Of a DNA stretch of 64,000 nucleotides, positions 39,228-50,069 are shown piece by piece. Position 1 is the first letter of the stretch. Every line of letters begins with the position of its first letter. Below the pieces are notes generated by a model that was given only the letters and a program-made list of their open reading frames with translations, did no database searches and was not told the origin of the DNA. The DNA comes from Patescibacteria group bacterium (lineage in GTDB: Bacteria; Patescibacteriota; Patescibacteriia; UBA9934; GWF2-40-263): NCBI GenBank assembly GCA_018814025.1, contig JAHJAM010000002.1, positions 2,798 to 66,797 on the forward strand, in the 5' to 3' direction. The position numbers and the translations under genes are program-made.

Positions 39228-40349
39228 ATGGGATTATTTGGAGGCGCAAAAAAGGATAGCTACCTCGGCATTGATATTGGTGCCGGGGGTATTAAGTTAG
39301 TGGAGCTGGCCAATGAAAAGGGCCGGGCCACGGTTTTAACTTACGGCTATTCCGTGCGCCAGCCGGGCGAGGCCGTGACTTCGCCGTTTGACGATGTCAA
39401 AGGCACGGGCGAAACTTTAGCGAAACTTTGCGATCAGGCCGGAACTAAATCCAAGCGGGCCATGGCGGCTTTGCCGATTTCCAGCGTGTTCACCGCGATT
39501 ATCTCGATTCCCCGGCGCAAGGAGGAAAAAGAAATGAAACCGCTGATTGACGCGCAAGTTTCCAAGCTCACTCCCTTGCCGCTGTCGGATATGATCACTT
39601 ATTCGACTTTTATCGATAATTTGAAAGAAGATAAAACTCAGAAGGCTCAGGGGCTGACGCCGGGGCAAACGGCGGCGGCGGCGCGCAAAAAAGATTACGT
39701 GCGAGTGTTGGTGACGGGGGCGGCCAAGAGTTTGGTGCAAAAATACATTGAGATTTTTAAGATCGCCAAATTGGAATTGCAAGCGATTGATACGGAAGCG
39801 TTCGCCTTGATTCGGGCTTTGGTGGGCAAAGACAAAAGTTCTATCATGCTTCTGGATATCGGTTCCATGCGCACGAATATCACCATCGTGGAAAAAGGGA
39901 TTCCGTTTTTGACGCGGAGCATCAATGTGGGCGGCAGTGCGGTGACCAAACGGATTATGGAACAAACCGGCTTGCCTGAAGATCAAGCCGAGCAGATGAA
40001 AATGGATTTGGCTTCGGCCGAGGCAACCGGCCAAACCGCGGCCGGGGGCATGCCGGCCATTTTGGAAGCGGCCATGCAGCCGATTTTGAATGAAATCAAT
40101 TACAGCTTTCAATTGTATGAAAAGATGGAGCTGACGGAAATGAAACGCGTGGAAAAGGTGATTGTGACCGGCGGCTCCTCGCATTTGCCGCGCGTGCCCG
40201 AGTATTTTTCCGAAAAATTGAACTTGAATGTTTATCGGGGCGATCCCTGGGCCCGAGTGGCCGTGCCGCATGATTTGCGGCCGGTGCTGGATGAGATTGG
40301 TCCGCGCATGAGTATCGCGATCGGCTTGGCCATGAGGGAGATGGATTAG
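39228..40349 (+). CDS. pilM: Type IV pilus assembly protein PilM
   Basis: LGIDIG, LDIGS..T, VTGGSS, AIGLAMR actin-like motifs. Confidence 0.93.
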   Translation: MGLFGGAKKDSYLGIDIGAGGIKLVELANEKGRATVLTYGYSVRQPGEAVTSPFDDVKGTGETLAKLCDQAGTKSKRAMAALPISSVFTAIISIPRRKEEKEMKPLIDAQVSKLTPLPLSDMITYSTFIDNLKEDKTQKAQGLTPGQTAAAARKKDYVRVLVTGAAKSLVQKYIEIFKIAKLELQAIDTEAFALIRALVGKDKSSIMLLDIGSMRTNITIVEKGIPFLTRSINVGGSAVTKRIMEQTGLPEDQAEQMKMDLASAEATGQTAAGGMPAILEAAMQPILNEINYSFQLYEKMELTEMKRVEKVIVTGGSSHLPRVPEYFSEKLNLNVYRGDPWARVAVPHDLRPVLDEIGPRMSIAIGLAMREMD

Positions 40350-40350
40350 T

Positions 40351-40737
40351 ATGAAAGAAAAAAGAACAGTGTTGATTCTGGATCGGGATGCGTACACGGC
40401 CGGCTTGTACGCTCGAAAGTTCGAGCAGGAAAAGTGGCAAGTTAAAATTGTGGATGATTTGGATCAAGCGTTGAGTTATTTGAAAAGCCATGAACCGGAA
40501 GCCTTTGTGTTCGATCATCAGAGTTTGTCAGATCTGAAAGTTGACGCGGCGGACTTCGCGCACCGGACCAGGCGGACCGACAGTTTGCTGGCCGTGCTGA
40601 TCGAAATGGACAAGGTGGTTTATCCGGATCAAACAGTTGAAGAGTACGAGGCTGACACTTATTTATTAAAAGGGCACTTCGTGCCTTCGGAAGCCGTGGC
40701 CAAGATTTCTCGTTTGGTTGATGAAGCCGAGGACTAA
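40351..40737 (+). CDS. Divergent receiver-domain protein
   Basis: VLILDRD, PEAFVFD, ADTYLLKG. Confidence 0.65.
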   Translation: MKEKRTVLILDRDAYTAGLYARKFEQEKWQVKIVDDLDQALSYLKSHEPEAFVFDHQSLSDLKVDAADFAHRTRRTDSLLAVLIEMDKVVYPDQTVEEYEADTYLLKGHFVPSEAVAKISRLVDEAED

Positions 40738-40907
40738 TGGTAAAATTATTTATAATATGCCCAGTAGGACAACTTCGATGAAGTTGCATTTTTACCCACG
40801 CTGGGTCAAGACCCAAGGTCTGAACAGACAAGAAGTTTAATTAGTTTAATTAGAATGCAACTTCCTACGGAAATTCACGTAAAAATATCGAAGTTGTACT
40901 ACTGGGT

Positions 40908-41417
40908 ATGAACGACCAAAAAGGTTTTACTCTAATCGAAGTTCTGATTGTGGCGGGCGTGATTCTGGTGATTGGAATTTTTTCGGCCTTGGCCGTGAAT
41001 TCAGCGCGTTCTAAATCGCGCGATGCCGTGCGCTTGTCGCAAGTGCGCATGCTGCAGTCGGCCCTGGAGGATTTTTACAATGAAAATAACGGTTATCCCA
41101 GGGATCAAGGCATTCCTTTGGGCGATGCCACGCAAAGCGCGTGTCTGGGAGCGGCCGGTTTTCAGGCTGATTGTTCGACTGATCGAGCGGTATTGCTGCG
41201 GGCGGTCATGGGGACGGTGGAATCAGGCTTGAAAGATCAAGTGATTTGCGGCACGCCGGCGCGCAATGCTTTTTGTTATTCCCAACTGCTTGACGCTTCC
41301 ACTTACCGCATTCAATTCGAGTTAGAAAACAACTGGAATCAAGTCGGCTTGATTCAGGGCATTAATTGTGCGTATCCGGATGGTATTGAGGCCGGCCGCT
41401 GTCGATTAGAGATTTAG
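40908..41417 (+). CDS. Type IV pilin/pseudopilin
   Basis: KG|FTLIEVL class III signal; 'AR.KSRDA.R...L.ALE.FY...YP'. Confidence 0.93.
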   Translation: MNDQKGFTLIEVLIVAGVILVIGIFSALAVNSARSKSRDAVRLSQVRMLQSALEDFYNENNGYPRDQGIPLGDATQSACLGAAGFQADCSTDRAVLLRAVMGTVESGLKDQVICGTPARNAFCYSQLLDASTYRIQFELENNWNQVGLIQGINCAYPDGIEAGRCRLEI

Positions 41418-41422
41418 TTTTT

Positions 41423-42265
41423 ATGATGTGGTCAATAATTTTCGTTTTTTTAATCGGTCTGTCCGTGGGCAGTTTTTTAAATGTAGTGGTTTTTCGCGCG
41501 CGCAGCGAAGATACCATCGGCGGCCGGTCCAAATGCCAGCACTGCGGGGTTGAGCTGCGAGCTCAGGACATGATCCCGGTGGTCAGCTATTTTGTGCTGG
41601 GCGGACGCTGTCGCAACTGCAATAAACCGATTTCCATCCAGTATCCGCTGGTGGAATTTTGTACCGCGATTTTGTTTTGTTTGTTTTTCTTGCGATATTA
41701 TTACGGCTTTTCCTTGCCCATCGGCTTGGATGTGACCCAATCAATCGTCTATTTGCTGCGCGATTTGCTGTTCACCGTGTTTTTGATCGTCCTGTTCGTT
41801 TACGACCTTCGTTATTATTTGATCTTGGACCGTTTTTCCATCCCGGCCATGGTCATTGCCTTGGTGGTGAATTATTTTTTAGGCCTTCCCATTTTGTCCA
41901 TGTTAAGCGGTGCCGTGATTATCGGCGGCTTTTTCTTGTTTCAGTTTTTGATTTCTAAGGGTCGCTGGATCGGCGGCGGGGACGTGCGCATGGGCTTGCT
42001 GATGGGCATTATTTTGGGCTTGCGCGAAGGCTTGGTGGCTTTGGTGCTGGCTTACGCGGTGGGCGCTTTGGTGGGCATCTTTTTACTTTTGGGGCAAAAA
42101 GTTGAGATGCAGTCCAAGGTTCCGTTTGGCAGTTTTCTGGCTTTAACCACGATTATTATGCTTTTGGCCGGCGTGGCCTTGATTGATTGGTATATCAGCA
42201 TGGTGGGCATTCCGCCGGAGATAATTGATTTTCTTTCGCAGCCGCCCGTGCCCATGAAGTTCTAA
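41423..42265 (+). CDS. pilD: Prepilin peptidase
   Basis: GSFLNVV, two CxxC, GGGD, PFGSFL. Confidence 0.95.
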   Translation: MMWSIIFVFLIGLSVGSFLNVVVFRARSEDTIGGRSKCQHCGVELRAQDMIPVVSYFVLGGRCRNCNKPISIQYPLVEFCTAILFCLFFLRYYYGFSLPIGLDVTQSIVYLLRDLLFTVFLIVLFVYDLRYYLILDRFSIPAMVIALVVNYFLGLPILSMLSGAVIIGGFFLFQFLISKGRWIGGGDVRMGLLMGIILGLREGLVALVLAYAVGALVGIFLLLGQKVEMQSKVPFGSFLALTTIIMLLAGVALIDWYISMVGIPPEIIDFLSQPPVPMKF

Positions 42266-42314
42266 GTTAAACCGCCCCCGCCGTTGGCGAGGGCGGTTTT
42301 TTAGTATAAAATAG

Positions 42315-44315
<2,001 letters not shown>

Positions 44316-44326
44316 GGTATAAGGGT

Positions 44327-44698
44327 ATGCAAATAAAAACTCGGACATTTGTTGATCTGGTTGTTTGGCAGCAGGCTCATAAGTTCGTACTTTCTTTGTA
44401 TCAGTTAACAAAAAGTTTTCCTGATACTGAAAGGTACGGACTGGTTACTCAATTGAGGAGAGCGGGTGTATCAGTAACATCTAACATTGCTGAGGGTTAT
44501 ACACGTTTTGGTCGAAAAAATAAGGCTCATTTTTACACGATGTCACAAGCATCATTAACTGAGATTCAAAATCAGTTGATATTATCAAGGGATTTAGGTT
44601 ATATTTCTAGCGAAAATTATGATAGACTTTGGGAACATACGTTAGATATTTATCGAATGTTAAATATATTAATTAGAAGTGTGAAAGTAAATCCCTGA
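44327..44698 (+). CDS. Four helix bundle protein (23S rRNA IVP / TIGR02436-like)
   Basis: F.DL.VWQ, FP..ERYGL..QLRRA..SV.SNIAEG; AT-rich; 13-bp inverted repeats 44308-44320 / 44698-44710. Confidence 0.93.
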   Translation: MQIKTRTFVDLVVWQQAHKFVLSLYQLTKSFPDTERYGLVTQLRRAGVSVTSNIAEGYTRFGRKNKAHFYTMSQASLTEIQNQLILSRDLGYISSENYDRLWEHTLDIYRMLNILIRSVKVNP

Positions 44699-44730
44699 TA
44701 CCCTACCTACTTTTGCCCTACCTCCTATTT

Positions 44731-45036
44731 ATGAAATTATCCAAAGAAGAAGTGGAACACGTAGCGCAACTGGCGCGTCTGAAATTAACTCCGGAGGAAG
44801 CCGAGAAGTATCAAGGGCAATTGGGCTCGATTTTGGAGTATGTGGAAAAATTAAACGAGCTGGATGTGAAGTCCGTGCCGGAAATGCAGCACGCGGCCGG
44901 ATCAGCTAATGTGTTTCGCGATGACGAAGTGGAAGGAAGTGATCAAGACACTCGTGAGCGGATTGTTGAAGCATTTCCGCAAAAAGAAGGAGATTTGCTG
45001 GAGGTGCAGGCCGTTTTTGAAAATCAAGAAACTTAA
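44731..45036 (+). CDS. gatC: Asp/Glu-tRNA amidotransferase subunit C
   Basis: EEVEHVAQLARL, ILEYVEKLNELD, FRDD. Confidence 0.93.
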   Translation: MKLSKEEVEHVAQLARLKLTPEEAEKYQGQLGSILEYVEKLNELDVKSVPEMQHAAGSANVFRDDEVEGSDQDTRERIVEAFPQKEGDLLEVQAVFENQET

Positions 45037-45042
45037 ATATAC

Positions 45043-45130
45043 AGACCCCCTCCCAGCCTCCCCCTTGGTAAGGGGGAGGAGTAACCGAGGGTTCCCCTTC
45101 CTTACCAAGGAGGGGGTTAGGGGGAGGTCT
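45043..45130. repeat. GC-rich composite palindromic element
   Basis: AGACCCCCTCCC..CTCCCCCTTGGTAAGGGGGAG..CCCCTTCCTTACCAAGGAGGGGG..GGGGGAGGTCT. Confidence 0.75.
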
Positions 45131-45140
45131 TGAGAATATT

Positions 45141-46586
45141 ATGGACATATCAACAATGACAATCCGCAAAGCTTTGGACCAAATGCAAGCCGGAGAATTT
45201 ACGGCCAAGGATTTAGTTCAGGCTTGCTTGGATAGTATCGAATCGAAAAATGAAAATTTGAACGCGCTCTTGAGCGTGGCGGATTCGGCTTTGGCGCAAG
45301 CGGACGCAATCGACCGGAAGCGCGCGGCCGGTGAAGAACTGGGCGCTTTGGCCGGGATCCCAATCGTGATTAAAGATAATATTTTAGTGAAGGGTTGGAC
45401 CGCTTCCGCGGGCTCGCGGATTTTAGAAGATTATCAGGCCAGCTATGACGCGACCGTGATTAAGAGGTTGCGCCAAGCTGACGCAATCTTGATTGGCCGG
45501 GCCAACATGGATGAATTTGCCATGGGTTCATCGGGCGAAACTTCGCATTACGGCCCCACTAAAAATCCTTGGGACGAAACCAAGGTGCCGGGGGGGTCGA
45601 GCAGCGGATCATGCGCGGCCGTGGCTTCAGGCATGGCCCTGGGAGCCTTGGGAACGGACACAGGCGGTTCTATCCGCCAACCGGCGAGCTTGTGCGGTTT
45701 AACCGGTTTGAAGCCCACCTATGGCCGGGTTTCCCGATATGGGGCCGTGGCCATGTGCTCAAGCCATGATCAAATCGGGCCCATCGCCAAGACCGCGGAA
45801 GATGCGGCTTTGATTTTGGCTGTGATTGAGGGTTCGGATGCCAAGGACGCAACCAGCGTGGCGGGCACGGATGTGTTTATCCCGGAGTTGGTACAAAAAG
45901 ATTTGAAAGGCGTGAAAATCGGCATTCCGAAAGAGTATTTTCTGGCCGGTATGGATCCGGCCGTGGAAAAAGCCGTGCGCGAGGGCATTGAAGAATTGAA
46001 AAAAGGCGGGGCCGAGATCACGGAGGTTTCCCTGCCGCATACGGAGTACGGTTTGGCCGCTTATTATCTTTTAATGCCGGCCGAAGCCAGTTCGAATTTG
46101 GGACGCTATGACGGCGTGCGCTATGCCTATTCATCTAACGGCAACGATTTAATCGACAGCTACGCGCGCACGCGTGGCGAGGGTTTCGGCGCGGAGGTGA
46201 AGCGGCGGATTATGCTCGGCACTTATGCCTTGTCCGCGGGTTATTATGACGCGTATTATCGGAAGGCTTTGAAAGTGCGCACCTTAATCAAACAAGATTT
46301 TGATGACGTGTTTAAGCAGGTTGATTTAATTGCTTGTCCGACCTCGCCCTCGGTGGCCTGGGATTTGGGCGCCAAGTTTGATGATCCGCTGACCATGTAT
46401 CTTTCCGACGTTTATACCATTACGGCTAACCTGGCGACTTTGCCGGGCATGTCCGTCCCGTGCGGCTTTAAGGATGGTTTGCCCATCGGTTTGCAATTTT
46501 TGGCTAAGCCGTTTGACGAAGCCAGTATTTTCCGCGCCGGCATGTTCTATCAATCGGCCACGGATTGGCACAAGAAAACACCATAA
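45141..46586 (+). CDS. gatA: Asp/Glu-tRNA amidotransferase subunit A
   Basis: IKDN, NMDEFAMGSS, GGSSSGS, GTDTGGSIRQPA. Confidence 0.97.
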   Translation: MDISTMTIRKALDQMQAGEFTAKDLVQACLDSIESKNENLNALLSVADSALAQADAIDRKRAAGEELGALAGIPIVIKDNILVKGWTASAGSRILEDYQASYDATVIKRLRQADAILIGRANMDEFAMGSSGETSHYGPTKNPWDETKVPGGSSSGSCAAVASGMALGALGTDTGGSIRQPASLCGLTGLKPTYGRVSRYGAVAMCSSHDQIGPIAKTAEDAALILAVIEGSDAKDATSVAGTDVFIPELVQKDLKGVKIGIPKEYFLAGMDPAVEKAVREGIEELKKGGAEITEVSLPHTEYGLAAYYLLMPAEASSNLGRYDGVRYAYSSNGNDLIDSYARTRGEGFGAEVKRRIMLGTYALSAGYYDAYYRKALKVRTLIKQDFDDVFKQVDLIACPTSPSVAWDLGAKFDDPLTMYLSDVYTITANLATLPGMSVPCGFKDGLPIGLQFLAKPFDEASIFRAGMFYQSATDWHKKTP

Positions 46587-46588
46587 GT

Positions 46589-47227
46589 ATGCCGGCCACG
46601 CATTTTTTTAAAACTAATCAGCCGGCCACGCGATTAATCGCCCAAGGTTTATTTTGGGCGTTTATTGTTTTAGCGATTCTGATGCAATTGGGCTGGATTG
46701 ACGTGGTGGATCATAACCAGGAATGGTTTTTAGTGTATATGCTCTTGCTGTCGGCTTTGGGTATGATGGGGCCGTTTATTATCGTTAATTTGATCCGCCC
46801 ATTGCGTGCTCGGATCACTGAGCAAGCGTTAGGTTTGATGGAGATGCTGGCGGGCGCGGCCATGGTGGCATCTTGGATTGGGGCCTTCGGCTTGTATCGC
46901 GACGGATTTGGCTATGATACTTTCGTGCATTTTTTTGCCTCCTTATGCTTGGTTTTGATCTTCGGTATAGCGCTGACGGTCTTTCCATTTTTTGCCAAAC
47001 GCGTTTGGCTGCTGCTTCTGCTGGTGGTGGTTTTGACTTTGCTGGGCGGGTTGCTCAATGAGATGTTTGAATATGCGGGCGATTTGCTGTTTACGACCAT
47101 GATGTACGGGGAAGCGGGCCAGCCGGATGACACGCTGCGGGATTTAATCGGCAATAGCGTGGGTGCGGTCATCGGCGTGGTAGTTTTGTATTTCGTCCGC
47201 GAGCGGTTGAATAAATATCTAGGTTAA
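46589..47227 (+). CDS. Membrane protein (DUF2238-like)
   Basis: YDTFVHF, EMFEY, DTLRDL motifs in TM context. Confidence 0.7.
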   Translation: MPATHFFKTNQPATRLIAQGLFWAFIVLAILMQLGWIDVVDHNQEWFLVYMLLLSALGMMGPFIIVNLIRPLRARITEQALGLMEMLAGAAMVASWIGAFGLYRDGFGYDTFVHFFASLCLVLIFGIALTVFPFFAKRVWLLLLLVVVLTLLGGLLNEMFEYAGDLLFTTMMYGEAGQPDDTLRDLIGNSVGAVIGVVVLYFVRERLNKYLG

Positions 47228-47245
47228 TCATATTGAGAGTAATTC

Positions 47246-47359
47246 GTCATTGCGAGGAGGGAGTGATTTATCGACTGACGAAGCAATCGCACGTCATATC
47301 ACGCAAATGATTAAACTTGAGATTGCTTCGCTACGACTGGCGACTTCGCTCGCAATGAC
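47246..47359. repeat. Palindromic element GTCATTGCGAG...CTCGCAATGAC (RPE-like)
   Basis: Terminal inverted repeats plus inner CGAAGCAATC/GATTGCTTCG; second copy at 61051. Confidence 0.85.
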
Positions 47360-47367
47360 TAATCCAT

Positions 47368-48126
47368 ATGATTCCATACTTTACGGCCACAACTTTTCAT
47401 CTCGGTCCGATCCCGATTCAGGTTTGGGGAACTTTGGTGGCTCTGGGAATTTTAGCCGGCACTTTTGCTTCGGCTTGGCTGGCTAAGCAACGAAAGCAAG
47501 ACGCGGGCTTGATTTGGGATTTGGCCACTTGGGTGATTCTAGGTGCTTTTGTCATGGCGCGCGTGTTTCATGTGTGGCTTTATAATTTCGATTATTATGC
47601 GGCTGATCCGACCAAGATATTCGTGATTTGGGAAGGCGGCTGGTCGATCATCGGTGGTTTTTTGGGGGCGGTCTTAGCCGGCGCATGGTATTTAAAAAAA
47701 CGCCAAGTGAATTTTGGGGAGTATGCGGACACCACAATTTTTGGTTTGCCTTTAGGCTTGTTCATCGGACGGATCGGATGCTTTTTGATTCATGATCATC
47801 CGGGCAAGATCACGAATTTCTTTTTGGGCGTGCAGTATCCGGATGGAATCATTCGCCACGATCACGGATTATATTTGTCCTTAAGCGGTTTGGGTTTGTT
47901 TGCGGCGTATCTGATTATGTGGAAATTGAAAATTGAAAAAGGATTGTTGCTGCCGGTATTTTTGTTGTGGTATGGGGCAGTCAGATTCGTTTTGGATTTT
48001 TATCGAGCCACGGACGGGTTGATTGTGGATGCCAGATATTGGGGTTTGACTCCGGCTCAGTTCGCGTCTTTGTTTATGATAGTGCTGGGGATAACTTTAT
48101 TAATAAGAAAAAGGAAGCATATTTAA
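47368..48126 (+). CDS. lgt: Prolipoprotein diacylglyceryl transferase
   Basis: IWEGG.SI.GG, IGRIGCF, RF.LDFYR. Confidence 0.9.
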   Translation: MIPYFTATTFHLGPIPIQVWGTLVALGILAGTFASAWLAKQRKQDAGLIWDLATWVILGAFVMARVFHVWLYNFDYYAADPTKIFVIWEGGWSIIGGFLGAVLAGAWYLKKRQVNFGEYADTTIFGLPLGLFIGRIGCFLIHDHPGKITNFFLGVQYPDGIIRHDHGLYLSLSGLGLFAAYLIMWKLKIEKGLLLPVFLLWYGAVRFVLDFYRATDGLIVDARYWGLTPAQFASLFMIVLGITLLIRKRKHI

Positions 48127-48241
48127 TCACTGTCAAGGAATCAAAAATTTTTTATAAAAGCCTCTTAATAAGGGCTTTTTTCATATGCTTGTGGATAACT
48201 TGATAAATAAAGATAAATACGCTATGGTGGAAATAGGCAAG

Positions 48242-48506
48242 GGATTAGGTTGCAGGCCCATATTCCACAGCCAAACCGGCTTAGGGTAGGTCAACCCTAA
48301 GTTGGGTAGAACTGCCGCTGTCCGTTACTAGGAATAAGCGGTGGTGCGATCCGCACAAGCTCCGTGTTCTGGCCACACTCAGTACTGGTTCCTCGGCCAG
48401 CTGCTACCTGAAGCAGTCATCGCCCGGGTTTCCGACCTCTGAAGGGGATTTGGAAACGCGGGAGATAAGAGTGAAGATGTACACGGAGCTGGCGGAGACC
48501 AAATCC
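48242..48506 (+). ncRNA. Candidate structured ncRNA (~265 nt), family not recognised
   Basis: Promoter TTGATA-17-TATGGT (48200-48228), multiple nested stems, terminator 48511-48542, no ORF. Confidence 0.7.
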
Positions 48507-48555
48507 AAACAAAAAACACCCGACTGAGGTCGGGCGTTTTTTATTGCATATTTTG

Positions 48556-48939
48556 TCAGCCAAAAATAGTTCCCCAAAATCCTTTTTTGGTTCTGCCTGG
48601 CTTTTCCTCTTTTTTCAGGGGTTGGGATAGGGGATTAACATAAGTTGAGATGTATTGCCCGATTCTGGCCATTTCTTGCTCAACTAGCTGGCCGTCGTAA
48701 TCAGCCGAGTGGGCATGGGCGGATTGGCTGTAAGTGGCTTTTTTTTGGTCCAAGTGCAGATTGAGCTCAATTCCGTCGCCTTTAAGCGCGTAGTAAAGAT
48801 GGAATTGCGGAAATGCCGCATTGGTGAAACGTCGGGTATAGCTGATTTGGCCTTTGAAGCCGGGCTTTTCGCCGTAGCCGGCCCGGCGCAGTAAGTTGCG
48901 GGGATTGTCCGGTAACGGGCCGGGGAGATATTGTTTCAT
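48556..48939 (-). CDS. Conserved hypothetical protein
   Basis: 'LRRAGY...SY.RR....FPQFHLY...NLHLDQKK..Y'; start moved to 48939 because the longer ORF runs through tRNA-Ser. Confidence 0.75.
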   Translation of the reverse strand: MKQYLPGPLPDNPRNLLRRAGYGEKPGFKGQISYTRRFTNAAFPQFHLYYALKGDGIELNLHLDQKKATYSQSAHAHSADYDGQLVEQEMARIGQYISTYVNPLSQPLKKEEKPGRTKKGFWGTIFG

Positions 48940-48993
48940 ACCTTGCCATGATAGCATATTTTCGCTACAATTCCGCCAGACCTGTAATAACCA

Positions 48994-49082
48994 GGAGAGG
49001 TCGCATAGTTGGTCTAGTGCGCACGCTTGGAAAGCGTGTATACCGCAAGGTATCGAGGGTTCGAATCCCTCCCTCTCCGCCA
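48994..49082 (+). tRNA. tRNA-Ser(GGA)
   Basis: GGAGAGG...CACGC-TT-GGA-AA-GCGTG, long variable arm, GGTTCGAATCC, CCA. Confidence 0.96.
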
Positions 49083-49187
49083 AAAAATTCTCTGTTGAAA
49101 GCAGGGGATTTTTTATTTAGGTCAACGGCATTGTTTACGATCGTGAGTTTTACCGTCGATGAGGTATGTATGTTAGAATAAGAATAC

Positions 49188-49541
49188 ATGAAGCAATTAA
49201 CACCCGAGGAACAAGAAGTGATTCTGAATAAAGGCACGGAGCCGGCCGGATCCGGTCAATATGATCGGTTCTTTGAGTCCGGGACTTATAAGTGCAAACA
49301 ATGCGGTGCGGAATTGTATCGGTCGGATGATAAGTTTGACGCGCACTGCGGGTGGCCGAGTTTTGATCAGGAGATCGCGGGTGCAGTCAAGCGCCTGCCG
49401 GATGCGGACGGCCTGCGCACGGAAATTCAATGTACCAAGTGCGGCGCGCATTTGGGACATGTTTTTGAAGGCGAACATATGACTGATAAGAATGTCAGGT
49501 ATTGTGTGAATTCCGTGAGTCTTGATTTCGAGAAGAAATAA
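49188..49541 (+). CDS. msrB: Methionine-R-sulfoxide reductase
   Basis: GTE, CGWPSF, HLGHVF, RYCVNS. Confidence 0.96.
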   Translation: MKQLTPEEQEVILNKGTEPAGSGQYDRFFESGTYKCKQCGAELYRSDDKFDAHCGWPSFDQEIAGAVKRLPDADGLRTEIQCTKCGAHLGHVFEGEHMTDKNVRYCVNSVSLDFEKK

Positions 49542-49542
49542 T

Positions 49543-50067
49543 ATGGTTCAAGTAATTGTTTTGGGCGGCGGATGCTTTTGGTGTACGGAAGCCGTATTTC
49601 AAAAGATAAAGGGGGTAACGAAAGTTGAATCTGGTTATGCGGGCGGGGAAGCGGCCAATCCCACTTATGAACAAGTTTCCACGGGCGAAACCGGGCACGC
49701 GGAATGCGTGCGCGTGGAATACGACGCCGATCAAGTCGGCTTGAATAAAATTTTGGATGTTTTTTTCGCCGTTCATGATCCCACGACCTTAAATCGACAA
49801 GGGAATGATGTGGGTACGCAGTATCGCTCAATTATTTTTTGGACTGAGCCGGAACAAGAAAAGGCAATTAAAGATTATTTGATTAAGGTTCAGGATGAGT
49901 TTAAAGATCCGGTGGTGACTGAAGTCGAAAAACTAGATATGTTTTATCCGGCCGAGGACTATCACGAGGATTATTACAACCAGAACAAAAGCAAGATGTA
50001 TTGCCGGCTGGTGATCTCGCCCAAGCTGAAGAAGGTTGAAGAGAAATTTGCCGATTGGCAAAAGTAA
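49543..50067 (+). CDS. msrA: Methionine-S-sulfoxide reductase
   Basis: GGGCFWCTE, GHAE, HDPT, AEDYH. Confidence 0.96.
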   Translation: MVQVIVLGGGCFWCTEAVFQKIKGVTKVESGYAGGEAANPTYEQVSTGETGHAECVRVEYDADQVGLNKILDVFFAVHDPTTLNRQGNDVGTQYRSIIFWTEPEQEKAIKDYLIKVQDEFKDPVVTEVEKLDMFYPAEDYHEDYYNQNKSKMYCRLVISPKLKKVEEKFADWQK

Positions 50068-50069
50068 AT

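Noticed and set aside
39417-40397. 326-aa antisense ORF, and similar shadow ORFs such as 9158-9925 and 63066-63659
   Set aside because: They fully overlap better-supported genes on the opposite strand and have no recognisable motifs.
44327-44698. Diversity-generating retroelement suggested by the Avd-like fold
   Set aside because: No reverse transcriptase and no TR/VR pair seen in the window.
48266-48284. RNase P RNA suggested by ACAG...CCGGCTTA
   Set aside because: The motif is near the 5' end of the candidate RNA and GAGGAAAGTCC is absent on both strands.
48940-49083. N-terminal extension of ORF 48556-49083, and ORFs 2023-2208 and 30218-30424
   Set aside because: These are translations across tRNA genes.
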